From positions 96,001 to 160,000 of IMG/VR virus record IMGVR_UViG_3300025237_000001: DNA of 64,000 bases, one strand, 5' to 3'. Under the pieces are notes generated by a model that saw nothing but the letters and a program-made list of their open reading frames with translations, had not been told where the DNA came from and did no database searches. This stretch comes from a virus. This document shows positions 1-8,167 of this stretch, in pieces (position 1 is the first letter of the stretch; the number at the start of each line of letters is the position of its first letter). Made by a program: the position numbers and the translations under genes.

Positions 1-999
1 AATGCAATCACAGTTAATACGGGGGCAGTAACAGCACTCGCATCAAGTGCTTTAGCAATGAATGAAGTTGTTTTAGTAGGTGCAGCAGTTGCAGACCTTG
101 CTGGTAATACTGCCGCAATAACTATCATTGCTAATTCTGATATAGCAGTGACTATTGTTGGAGGTTCTACAATTGCAATTGATAATTTAACGACTGAAGC
201 AAGAACAATAGTTACAGGTGTACCTTCAGCTTTAGCAATCCTTGGTGCTAATCATGATGGATGGCAATATATACTTGATACGTCTACAACATTGAATAAT
301 AACATATTTAATTTACTTATTGCTTTTGGTGGGTTAGATGCTACTGTCTTTGGAGATGTAGCTTCAATATTTGCTGATGCAACTGCATCAGCAGCAGTTG
401 CATCCAGTCACCCCGCAATGCAAGCAGTTGTAGCAGAGGCAAACAAAACTAAATATCCTGGAACAACAGGTGCAATGGATAAAATTATTGCTAGTGATAA
501 CCTCGCAACAGTACTGGCTTCAAGTGTAGCTATAGCTCATATTACAGAAGATGAAGATATCATGGATGTATTAATAGCTAATGAAACTGCATTCCCACTA
601 TTGTTAGATAGTTCAGCAGCAAAAGCAGCAATATTTACATCGTCAACATTAACAACAACTATGTTAACTGCTGAGTCTACATCTTTAGCAACTGTTCAAG
701 GATTAGCACAATCTACAACGATTGTCAATGACGCTCTTATAGGTACATTTAAAACTTCTGGTGTAGCTGGAAATATGATACTTCTTACGGGAGTAATGGG
801 GTCAATAGTTGCAACAACGTTGGCTAACACATTTAAAGGAGATACTCAAGCAGAATTTACTATTGGTATTCCAGGAACTTCTTTATCAAGTGGTCCAGTA
901 AATATAAATCTACCGTTTACTAACATGGTTTGGGATATTGCGAGTATAGCGGCAACAGCCGCTGGTAATGTAACAATTACATATGTAGATTTTAATTAA
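1..999 (+). CDS. Ala/Thr/Ser-rich putative virion (fibre/appendage) protein, 5'-truncated by the window edge
   Basis: Frame is open from position 1 (NAITVNTGAVTALASSALAM...). Recurring A-S-x-x-AM helical repeats and a beta-rich C-terminus. Lies next to the tail genes. Confidence 0.5.
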   Translation, partial: NAITVNTGAVTALASSALAMNEVVLVGAAVADLAGNTAAITIIANSDIAVTIVGGSTIAIDNLTTEARTIVTGVPSALAILGANHDGWQYILDTSTTLNNNIFNLLIAFGGLDATVFGDVASIFADATASAAVASSHPAMQAVVAEANKTKYPGTTGAMDKIIASDNLATVLASSVAIAHITEDEDIMDVLIANETAFPLLLDSSAAKAAIFTSSTLTTTMLTAESTSLATVQGLAQSTTIVNDALIGTFKTSGVAGNMILLTGVMGSIVATTLANTFKGDTQAEFTIGIPGTSLSSGPVNINLPFTNMVWDIASIAATAAGNVTITYVDFN

Positions 1000-1007
1000 A
1001 ATTTTAA

Positions 1008-1385
1008 ATGTCACAAGAATTAAATTATTACGGACATTTAAATGAAACTGGATTAACTGTTATAGCTAAAGTCTATAACAAATCTGGGGTTCAAGTCGGT
1101 GGTGATGTTACTTGTAGTGAATCGGGTGTTTTATCAATTTATATTGGTGATATGCCCACATTAGCTTTAGGTGAGTATGGCGTTAGATTTTTTAACGGTA
1201 TTGTGTTATTGGGTCAAGGTAATATTTTTTGGAACGGAACTGAAGAAGTTGAAATTTTGGATATTGAGTCGAAAGTTGATGTACTTGATACTGAAATGGA
1301 AATTATTGATGGTAAATTAATAACGGTTCAACATTCAATAAATGTTAACACAGAACTTTTAAAGAATAAACCTAATAATCCATAA
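1008..1385 (+). CDS. Hypothetical protein, possibly a virion accessory with a beta-sandwich N-terminus
   Basis: 125-aa ORF directly after the previous gene. Gly/Val/Tyr-rich beta pattern followed by a short coiled-coil-like tail. Confidence 0.5.
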   Translation: MSQELNYYGHLNETGLTVIAKVYNKSGVQVGGDVTCSESGVLSIYIGDMPTLALGEYGVRFFNGIVLLGQGNIFWNGTEEVEILDIESKVDVLDTEMEIIDGKLITVQHSINVNTELLKNKPNNP

Positions 1386-1389
1386 TAAA

Positions 1390-1545
1390 TTATGATTCCC
1401 CATATAGGTCTTTAGGTTTTAAACACGCTTCTTTTATTAGTTTCTCAACAAATCCAAACATTTTAAGTCCATTCTCATTACAATAATCTTTTAAAATTTT
1501 GTGAGTTGGTGGTGTTATTTTAAGGTTTTTACTACGTTTCATCAT
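1390..1545 (-). CDS. Ribbon-helix-helix (CopG/Arc-like) DNA-binding protein
   Basis: KNLKITPPTHKILKDYCNENGLKMFGFVEKLIKEAC matches the RHH strand-helix-helix pattern. The likely start is ATG at 1545 or 1542 rather than 1578. Confidence 0.65.
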   Translation of the reverse strand: MMKRSKNLKITPPTHKILKDYCNENGLKMFGFVEKLIKEACLKPKDLYGES

Positions 1546-1562
1546 TCTTTTACTATAAGTAT

Positions 1563-1615
1563 GACAAAAGGTAGACAAAAGTCATACTTATTATGATGTA
1601 TTACATACATCATAA
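1563..1615. promoter_or_regulatory. Candidate operator between the divergent RHH and tail sheath genes
   Basis: GACAAAAG direct repeat at 1563-1570 and 1574-1581. Perfect 10-bp inverted repeat TTATGATGTA (1591-1600) / TACATCATAA (1606-1615). Confidence 0.45.
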
Positions 1616-1681
1616 AAACTTTTGCTTTTATTTTTCATATTTATTTATAAATAAGCTATAACAAATTTAAAATATTAAAAT

Positions 1682-4105
1682 ATGAGTTCTAACAACAGAG
1701 TATTCGTAAGCCCAGGAGTTTACACTTCAGAAAAAGATTTATCATTCGTAACACGTCAAGTTGGAGTAACAACATTGGGGTTAGCTGGCGAAACTACAAA
1801 AGGTCCAGCATTCCAACCAATTTTTGTTTCTGACTTCGGTGAGTTTACAAATTTCTTTGGTGGGTTAAACGGTACAAAATTTTCCGACACAGGTTACCCA
1901 AAATATGAATTGCCATATATCGCAAAATCATACTTCACAAAATCAAATCAAATGTATGTAACAAGAGTGTTAGGTTTTTCAGGATATGACGCTGGAGATT
2001 CTTGGGCTGTAACAGGTGATAATAATCAAGTGGTTGCACTTTTAAGAAGTAGAGCAACATATGATGCTAGTGAAATATTAGCGTTTGAGGTTACTGGAAG
2101 TACTTTAGGGATGGGGAATACATCTGCTGTCGCTTTAGACGCAGAGGCAACATTCACTCTTTCTGGTACATCTTTAGTATCTGGAGCGTTTTCATACGAA
2201 GTTTCATTCGATTCAACTAAAAAGAATTTCATTTCTAGAGTATTAGGGACTAACACTCAAGTTGGTCAAGCCCCTATTTATGTTGAAGAGATTTATTCTG
2301 AAATGTTAGCTGATTTAATCACTACATCAGGAATTACGGGTCTTACAACGTCTTTAGTTGAAACTACATCTGTAGACACTGATTATAAAACAGAATACTT
2401 ACCAGCGATATCACCATATGTGGTTTCAGAGATAAACGGTAACGTTATTAAAAAATTATTCAGATTCATTACGATTTCTGATGGTAATACTGCTAATAAA
2501 GAGGTTAAAATCTCTATTGAAAACATTAAACCTGATTCTAGAGAATTTGATATTAGAGTTAGAGCATTTTATGATAAAGACGCTAGTGTTGTTACTCTTG
2601 AAAAATTTTCAAGGTGTACAATGGACCCAAATTCTGACAACTTCGTTGCTAGAAGAATTGGTACTTTAGATGGTTTTTACGCATCTAAATCTAATTACTT
2701 ATTACTAGAGTTAGATACTGATGAAGATACTTCTGAATCATTCCCAGCGGGTATGACAGGTGTACCAACTAGAGAGTATACACTTCCAACATTGGCACCA
2801 GAAATAGAATATAACTTAGCTTATGTTCCTTACTCTAAAGTTAGAAAAATATACTTAGGTGTATCTGATACTGTAGGTATTGACCAAAATTTCTTTAATT
2901 TCTTAGGAAAGCAAACAACAACTGGCATGACACAAGGTTTCCACATGGATGTAGATGCTAGTGGGGTAACTGTAAATGGTGTTGGGTTTGTAACTGGAGA
3001 TTCAAATTTCCAAACTGACGCTCAATTAGAATTATCTGGTAATAGTTATACAAAATTATACTCAAGAAAATTCACAATGGCACCTTACGGTGGTTTTGAT
3101 GGATGGGATATTTATAGAGCTAGTAGAACTATCACTGACACTTATTCTAAAGGTCAATTAAAAAGTGAAGCTGCTAAAGCTAGTGGAGCGATTGAAACAA
3201 AGATTACTTCAACTGGTGACGAAGGAACAACTTCTGATTACTACGCTTACTTTGAAGCAATTAATACGTTCAATAACCCTGAAGCGATTAACATTAATGT
3301 GTTCGCAACTCCAGGTATTGACTTATTAAACAACACAAATCTTGTTGAAGAAACTATTGAAATGATAGAAGAAAAGAGATGTGATTCAATTTATCTTGCA
3401 ACTACTCCAGATGTAAATGCTGGTGATGATGCGATTATTGATGTTGATGACTTAGTGGGTCAATTAGACAACACTGGAATCGATAGTAATTACACGGCAA
3501 CGTACTGGCCTTGGGTTCAAGTAAATGATACAGACAATAATGTATTGATTTTCTTACCACCAACAAGAGACGTTTGTAGAAACATCGCATTAACTGATAA
3601 CGTATCACATCCATGGTTCGCAGTAGCTGGTGTTCAAAGAGGTATTGTACAAGCTGAGAAAGCTAGAGTTAAATTAACCCTAGACCAAAGAGATGTATTA
3701 TATGAAGGTAGAGTTAACCCGATTGCGACATTCGCATCTGAAGGTCTTGTGATTTTTGGTAACAAAAACTTACAAGTTAAAGAAACTGCTTTAAATAGAC
3801 TTAACGTAAGAAGATTATTATTACAAGCAAGAAAATTAATCTCTGCTGTATCAATAAGATTATTATTCGAACAAAACGATGAAGTTGTAAGAAACCAATT
3901 CAAATCATTAGTTAACCCAATTCTAGAGAACATTAGAAGTGAAAGAGGTTTAGTAGATTTCCGTGTGGAAGTTGATAACACTCCAGAAGCAATTGATAGA
4001 GGTGAGTTAAATGGTAGAATTTTTATCAAACCAACAAGAGCTTTAGAGTTCATAACTGTAGAATTCGTAGTGATGAACACAGGTGCTTCATTCGAAGACG
4101 TATAA
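1682..4105 (+). CDS. Contractile tail sheath protein (T4 gp18-like)
   Basis: N-terminal SPGVYTSEKDLS...GETTKGPAF. C-terminal YWPWVQ, RVNPI, GNKNLQ, RLNVRRLL and IFIKPTRALEFI sheath motifs. Confidence 0.95.
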   Translation: MSSNNRVFVSPGVYTSEKDLSFVTRQVGVTTLGLAGETTKGPAFQPIFVSDFGEFTNFFGGLNGTKFSDTGYPKYELPYIAKSYFTKSNQMYVTRVLGFSGYDAGDSWAVTGDNNQVVALLRSRATYDASEILAFEVTGSTLGMGNTSAVALDAEATFTLSGTSLVSGAFSYEVSFDSTKKNFISRVLGTNTQVGQAPIYVEEIYSEMLADLITTSGITGLTTSLVETTSVDTDYKTEYLPAISPYVVSEINGNVIKKLFRFITISDGNTANKEVKISIENIKPDSREFDIRVRAFYDKDASVVTLEKFSRCTMDPNSDNFVARRIGTLDGFYASKSNYLLLELDTDEDTSESFPAGMTGVPTREYTLPTLAPEIEYNLAYVPYSKVRKIYLGVSDTVGIDQNFFNFLGKQTTTGMTQGFHMDVDASGVTVNGVGFVTGDSNFQTDAQLELSGNSYTKLYSRKFTMAPYGGFDGWDIYRASRTITDTYSKGQLKSEAAKASGAIETKITSTGDEGTTSDYYAYFEAINTFNNPEAININVFATPGIDLLNNTNLVEETIEMIEEKRCDSIYLATTPDVNAGDDAIIDVDDLVGQLDNTGIDSNYTATYWPWVQVNDTDNNVLIFLPPTRDVCRNIALTDNVSHPWFAVAGVQRGIVQAEKARVKLTLDQRDVLYEGRVNPIATFASEGLVIFGNKNLQVKETALNRLNVRRLLLQARKLISAVSIRLLFEQNDEVVRNQFKSLVNPILENIRSERGLVDFRVEVDNTPEAIDRGELNGRIFIKPTRALEFITVEFVVMNTGASFEDV

Positions 4106-4117
4106 AAAAAAATTAAT

Positions 4118-4149
4118 ATATGTGAGGAAATTTTTCTTTCCTCACATAT
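4118..4149. terminator. 13-bp hairpin between sheath and tube, overlapping the putative late promoter
   Basis: ATATGTGAGGAAA (4118-4130) / TTTCCTCACATAT (4137-4149). Confidence 0.55.
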
Positions 4150-4154
4150 TTATA
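4146..4154 (+). promoter_or_regulatory. Putative phage late promoter motif (A/C)TATTTATW, tube gene copy
   Basis: The same motif recurs upstream of about 13 structural transcription units (see findings). Confidence 0.6.
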
Positions 4155-4191
4155 ATTAAATAAGATAAATTAAAATTAAAACAAATATATT

Positions 4192-4680
4192 ATGAGTGAT
4201 TTACTAATGAAAATGCCCGTACCTTACGAACCAAAGAAAAAAAATAGATGGTTAATGAGATTCCCAGCTGAATTGGGTATTCAACAATGGTGGTTACAAT
4301 CAGCATCACGTCCTTCAATCGAACAAAATGAAGTTGAGATTCCATTCTTAAACACTTCAACATGGGTGATTGGTAGATTTACATGGTCAACTATAGATGT
4401 TGTCTTTAGAGATGCTATAGGACCTTCATCTGCCCAAGCTATTATGGAATGGGTAAGATTACAATCAGAATCTGTAACAGGTAGACAAGGTTATGCTGCT
4501 GGTTACAAGAAAGACATCGAAATTGAGATGTTAGACCCAACTGGAGTTGTTGTTGAGAAATGGCAATTACAAGGTTCTATGTTAACTAACGTAGGATTTG
4601 GTGACCTAGCAATGGATGATGACGGTATCGCTGACATTACAACAACAATTAGATTTGACAGAGCAATCTTAATCTTCTAA
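4192..4680 (+). CDS. Tail tube protein (T4 gp19-like)
   Basis: Follows the sheath gene. EPKKKNRW, RPSI, W-x-x-I-x-V-x-F-RD, IEIEMLDPTGVVVEKW and L-x-FD pattern of gp19-family tubes. Confidence 0.92.
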   Translation: MSDLLMKMPVPYEPKKKNRWLMRFPAELGIQQWWLQSASRPSIEQNEVEIPFLNTSTWVIGRFTWSTIDVVFRDAIGPSSAQAIMEWVRLQSESVTGRQGYAAGYKKDIEIEMLDPTGVVVEKWQLQGSMLTNVGFGDLAMDDDGIADITTTIRFDRAILIF

Positions 4681-4706
4681 TACGGTTTTAGACCGAAATA
4701 AAACTT

Positions 4707-4737
4707 AAACCTTTATTTAATTATAAGGGTTTTTTTA
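4707..4737 (+). terminator. Rho-independent terminator after the tube gene
   Basis: AAACCTTTAT / ATAAGGGTTT stem followed by a T tract. Confidence 0.65.
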
Positions 4738-4753
4738 TGAAATAATTTAAAAT

Positions 4754-5440
4754 ATGATGTATATAAAATTTATATTAGGACAATTAAAAGTATTTGGAAT
4801 GGTTATAATAACATTCTTTATATTTCCATTTGTAACCTATCCTAGAAGGAGAGAGATTTGGGGAATGAAAAATGAACCATTAAAGAAATGGTATTGGTGG
4901 TATTCCGATACTTCTGAAACTGGATTTGGTAATGATGAAACAGATAATTATAATTACCTTAATTCAACTTATGGTATTTACGAACTTGTTAAGAAAAGAA
5001 ATTCACTAGGACATTGGGTTCCTGATTATGAGAAATTCGAAACATTTGGAAAATTAAGGAAATGGTTTTTATCATTTCATTGGCTTGTGTTTAGAAATGG
5101 TGCTTGGAACTATATTAGTACAACTAAACCAAAAACCACCAACATAACTAATCTTAGGTGTGTTAAATTAGTAGGTGATGCTGATTGTGATGTGGTAAGA
5201 AACAAAATGATACATGGTGTTCAATCTCTTAAATGGGAAGCAGAAGGTAAACCACAATTTCTATATTCATTTACTAAGAAAGCTAAGTGGTATAATATAC
5301 AACGATTAGGGGCATTAATATTCTCTTTTAAGAATTATAAATATTATACATTTGTTTGGGGTTCATCAATATGGAATGAAAAAATAAGTGATAATAGGTT
5401 TATCGTAAAAACAAGAGTATTTAATCTAGAAGACGTTTAA
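4754..5440 (+). CDS. Membrane-anchored Trp/Tyr/Lys-rich protein, paralog 1
   Basis: N-terminal hydrophobic helix. Motifs SETG, WLVFRNGAWN and G-x-Q...F-x-YS-x-T are shared with 5442..6086. Confidence 0.7.
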   Translation: MMYIKFILGQLKVFGMVIITFFIFPFVTYPRRREIWGMKNEPLKKWYWWYSDTSETGFGNDETDNYNYLNSTYGIYELVKKRNSLGHWVPDYEKFETFGKLRKWFLSFHWLVFRNGAWNYISTTKPKTTNITNLRCVKLVGDADCDVVRNKMIHGVQSLKWEAEGKPQFLYSFTKKAKWYNIQRLGALIFSFKNYKYYTFVWGSSIWNEKISDNRFIVKTRVFNLEDV

Positions 5441-5441
5441 A

Positions 5442-6086
5442 ATGATGTACAATAAATTTATTTTATTACAAATACTAATGTTATTTATCTTTGTGATAAA
5501 TTTAGTGTTATACCCAATAAGTTATATATTTAGAAAATCAATTATGAATAAGCCAAATCTTTGGAAATGGTTAATATTGTATTGGTTCTCTAATGATTCT
5601 GAAACAGGTTCGTCAAACCCAGAAATTAATTTTATTAATAATTGGTATGGAGTTTACCAAATATATAATCGAGATTATATAAAATTTAAAACACTTAATT
5701 GGTTTCAAAAATTTAAATTATCGTATCGATGGAACGGATTAAGAAATCCAAATTGGAATTTACAAACTGAATTTAAACCAAAAGAGGGTGAAAAAACGAA
5801 TATAGTTGAATTAGAATTTGAAGGTGATAATAATATTTTCACTTGGAGAAATAAAACCACTTTTGGTAAACAATTTGTTATTTGGGAAATAGATGGTACT
5901 AAATATTTTAGATATTCCTATACAAGAAATTTAAAACAGTATTCACCCAACAGGTTAATCACTAGATTTATATCTTGGATAGGTAATAAAACAAATTTAT
6001 ACTCATATAAAGAAAATGAATACGTTAATTTCATGGCTGGTACTGGTAACAGTAGATTTATTCTAAAATATAGAACATTTAAATAA
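5442..6086 (+). CDS. Membrane-anchored Trp/Tyr/Lys-rich protein, paralog 2
   Basis: Starts MMYNKFILLQ versus MMYIKFILGQ in paralog 1. Carries SETG, WNGLRNPNWN and FRYSYT motifs. Confidence 0.7.
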   Translation: MMYNKFILLQILMLFIFVINLVLYPISYIFRKSIMNKPNLWKWLILYWFSNDSETGSSNPEINFINNWYGVYQIYNRDYIKFKTLNWFQKFKLSYRWNGLRNPNWNLQTEFKPKEGEKTNIVELEFEGDNNIFTWRNKTTFGKQFVIWEIDGTKYFRYSYTRNLKQYSPNRLITRFISWIGNKTNLYSYKENEYVNFMAGTGNSRFILKYRTFK

Positions 6087-6098
6087 TATTAAAATAAA

Positions 6099-6172
6099 CG
6101 GTTAGGACCGCTTATAGTCAAACGGCTATTGAAAACCACTTAAGTTCGCTACTAAAGTGGTTTTCCACTTTT
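6099..6172 (+). ncRNA. Candidate structured RNA / compound terminator with three hairpins and an alternative fold
   Basis: Hairpins are CGGT-TAGG-ACCG (6099-6110), ATAGTC-AAAC-GGCTAT (6114-6129) and GAAAACCACTT...AAGTGGTTTTC (6131-6165). A competing AAGTGG-TTTT-CCACTT hairpin lies at 6155-6170. Confidence 0.45.
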
Positions 6173-6188
6173 ATAAACTATTTATAAT

Positions 6189-6353
6189 ATGAGTAATGAT
6201 AAAAAAACACATATGGCTAAAGCTAATAAACTTTTCCAAGAAAGACTTAGAGCTGAAAGCGCAAATACTGAGGAACCTAAAGAAATGACGGTTGTACCTG
6301 ATATTAACCCAAGTTTAACCAATTTATTAAACCCCTTAATGAAGAACCAATAA
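6189..6353 (+). CDS. Small late protein (54 aa; alternative start at 6213), not in the ORF track
   Basis: My translation: MSNDKKTHMAKANKLFQERLRAESANTEEPKEMTVVPDINPSLTNLLNPLMKNQ. Fills the gap on the dominant strand and is preceded by CTATTTATA. Confidence 0.55.
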   Translation: MSNDKKTHMAKANKLFQERLRAESANTEEPKEMTVVPDINPSLTNLLNPLMKNQ

Positions 6354-6355
6354 TT

Positions 6356-6724
6356 ATGAGAAGACAAGATAAATTAAAGAATATAGCAAAAATTAACAAA
6401 CGTTTAAATGAGAATAGATTTAGTTGGGATGGAACATATGCCAATGAAGTTAATGAAGATGAAGTTAATGAAGACGAAGTTGTAGAAGGTGATGTTGAAG
6501 ATTATAACCATTTATATGACGTTGAAGCATCTTCTAAAGATGATGATGTTGTTGACCCTTATACAATTAAAGAAAAACAAATGATTGCTTTAGGTAGTGA
6601 TATTGAAATGGTTGATGAAGATTGTGGATGTCCTTTAGACCAACCAGAACCAACTGACGTAGATAAAAGTCAATGGTTTTCACAAGAAGATGGGGAAAGA
6701 CTTACCGATAAAATATTTAATTAA
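6356..6724 (+). CDS. Acidic protein with basic N-terminal leader, possible head core/internal protein
   Basis: MRRQDKLKNIAKINKRLNE followed by a very acidic body with a tandem EVNED repeat. Confidence 0.55.
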   Translation: MRRQDKLKNIAKINKRLNENRFSWDGTYANEVNEDEVNEDEVVEGDVEDYNHLYDVEASSKDDDVVDPYTIKEKQMIALGSDIEMVDEDCGCPLDQPEPTDVDKSQWFSQEDGERLTDKIFN

Positions 6725-6787
6725 ACTAAAAAACTTTACTTTAACTATTTATTATATATAATATAATTAAATTAATGTTTTTAACAA

Positions 6788-7897
6788 ATGGAAAATAAAC
6801 CACAAGTATTCGCATCTCCAAAGATGTCAGAAGCCATGAAAGAGGCTAATTCAATGGGTGATAAAATTGCCGCACAAGCTAATTTAGAAGATGGCGCAAT
6901 TATAAAAGAAAAAGGTAATGGTGAATTATCTGCTCAAGAACAAATGAATAAGGATAGTCTTGATAACTTAGAAGCGCAGTTAAAAGCGAGAGATGAGTTG
7001 ATTGCAAAAAAGAAAGCCGAAGCACAAGGTGTTGAGGTTGAATCTGTAATTCCTAACACTCCACTCGTAACTTACGCACAACCCGATACAAAATCACATG
7101 AAAAATTAGATTTTGATGATGATGAGAAATACGAGGCTTTAAGTAGACCTCAGATGAACGCACCTTATGACGTAATTAAATTACCAAGTGAAGGGTTATT
7201 ATATAAAAATTGTAAAAGTGCTTTAAAAGTAGCTTATTTGAACGCTACGGATGAAAATATCATCACTAACCCTAACCTTTTAAAATCAGGTAAGTTTCTA
7301 GAAGTATTAATCAATAGAAAAATATTAGACACTAACATTAGATATAAAGATTTACATGTTGGTGATAGAAATGCAATCATGATTTGGTTACGTTCTACTG
7401 GATTTGGTGCGATGTACAAAATTAGACTAGCCGACCCAGAAAACGATTATAAAGAATTCGAAACTGAAGTTGATTTATCTAAGTTACCAATAAAACATTT
7501 ATCCGAAAAACCTGATGAGAACGGTCACTTTACATTTAAACTACCTCTTGCTGAGAAAACGATAACATATAAATTGTTAACCGTTGGCGATGTAGATGAC
7601 ATTGAAAATCATGTTGAGAAGATTAGTGATGAAGTTGGACCTGAATTTGTTGATACTTCAACATATACACTTAAAAAACAAGTTGTAGCTGTTGATGGAG
7701 ATTATGATTCTGAAGTTGTTAAAAACTTTGTGGATTTAGGAATGAGATTAGGTGATGTGAGAGCATTTAGAAAGCATATAAATGAAGTTGAGTCAGGAAT
7801 TGATATGGCTATAACAGTCGAGACTCAGGGGGGTGGGTCTCTTGATACATTTCTTCCCCTTAACATCACATTTTTTTGGCCTGACCTTGGAGTATAA
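6788..7897 (+). CDS. Baseplate hub assembly protein (T4 gp26-like) with N-terminal extension
   Basis: YDVIKLPSEGLLY, LNATDENIITNPNL, DRNAIMIWLRSTGFG and C-terminal LPLNITFFWP are typical of gp26-like hub chaperones. Confidence 0.75.
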   Translation: MENKPQVFASPKMSEAMKEANSMGDKIAAQANLEDGAIIKEKGNGELSAQEQMNKDSLDNLEAQLKARDELIAKKKAEAQGVEVESVIPNTPLVTYAQPDTKSHEKLDFDDDEKYEALSRPQMNAPYDVIKLPSEGLLYKNCKSALKVAYLNATDENIITNPNLLKSGKFLEVLINRKILDTNIRYKDLHVGDRNAIMIWLRSTGFGAMYKIRLADPENDYKEFETEVDLSKLPIKHLSEKPDENGHFTFKLPLAEKTITYKLLTVGDVDDIENHVEKISDEVGPEFVDTSTYTLKKQVVAVDGDYDSEVVKNFVDLGMRLGDVRAFRKHINEVESGIDMAITVETQGGGSLDTFLPLNITFFWPDLGV

Positions 7898-8105
7898 GAG
7901 GTATTTGTTAGAGGAAGTATATATTTGTAGAAAACATCTTGGATTTACATATAGCGATATAATGAATATGCCAACTTATGAAAGGAGATTCTTTTTAGTT
8001 ACATTACAAAATGAAGTTATTGACGCAGAAGAGAAACGTACTACTGGTAGTACCGTTACGAAAACTGGAAAACATACTCAAACTAGAAAATTCTCACCAA
8101 AATAA
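7833..8105 (+). CDS. gp51-like baseplate/tail assembly chaperone; start uncertain, probably reached by frameshift from the upstream gene
   Basis: YLLEEVYICRKHLGFTYSDIMNMPTYERRFFL resembles the gp51-like M-P-x-x-ER motif. No upstream ATG; overlaps the upstream ORF at a T7 run (7871-7877). Confidence 0.65.
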   Translation: MGLLIHFFPLTSHFFGLTLEYKRYLLEEVYICRKHLGFTYSDIMNMPTYERRFFLVTLQNEVIDAEEKRTTGSTVTKTGKHTQTRKFSPK

Positions 8106-8106
8106 T

Positions 8107-8134
8107 AAAAAACCTCTATTTATAGGGGTTTTTT
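8107..8134. terminator. Bidirectional-type intrinsic terminator
   Basis: AAAAAACCTCTA-TTTA-TAGGGGTTTTTT. Confidence 0.7.
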
Positions 8135-8167
8135 ATTTATTAGATATTTATATAAAAACAATTAGTT

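Noticed and set aside
3634-4080. 148-aa antisense ORF inside the sheath gene (likewise 10145-10630, 14174-14551, 33086-33559, 43697-44059, 50758-51117, 54978-55316 and many shorter ones)
   Set aside because: Each lies fully opposite a well-supported gene, has Ser/Leu/Phe-rich shadow composition and shows no motifs. This is the expected by-product of codon bias.
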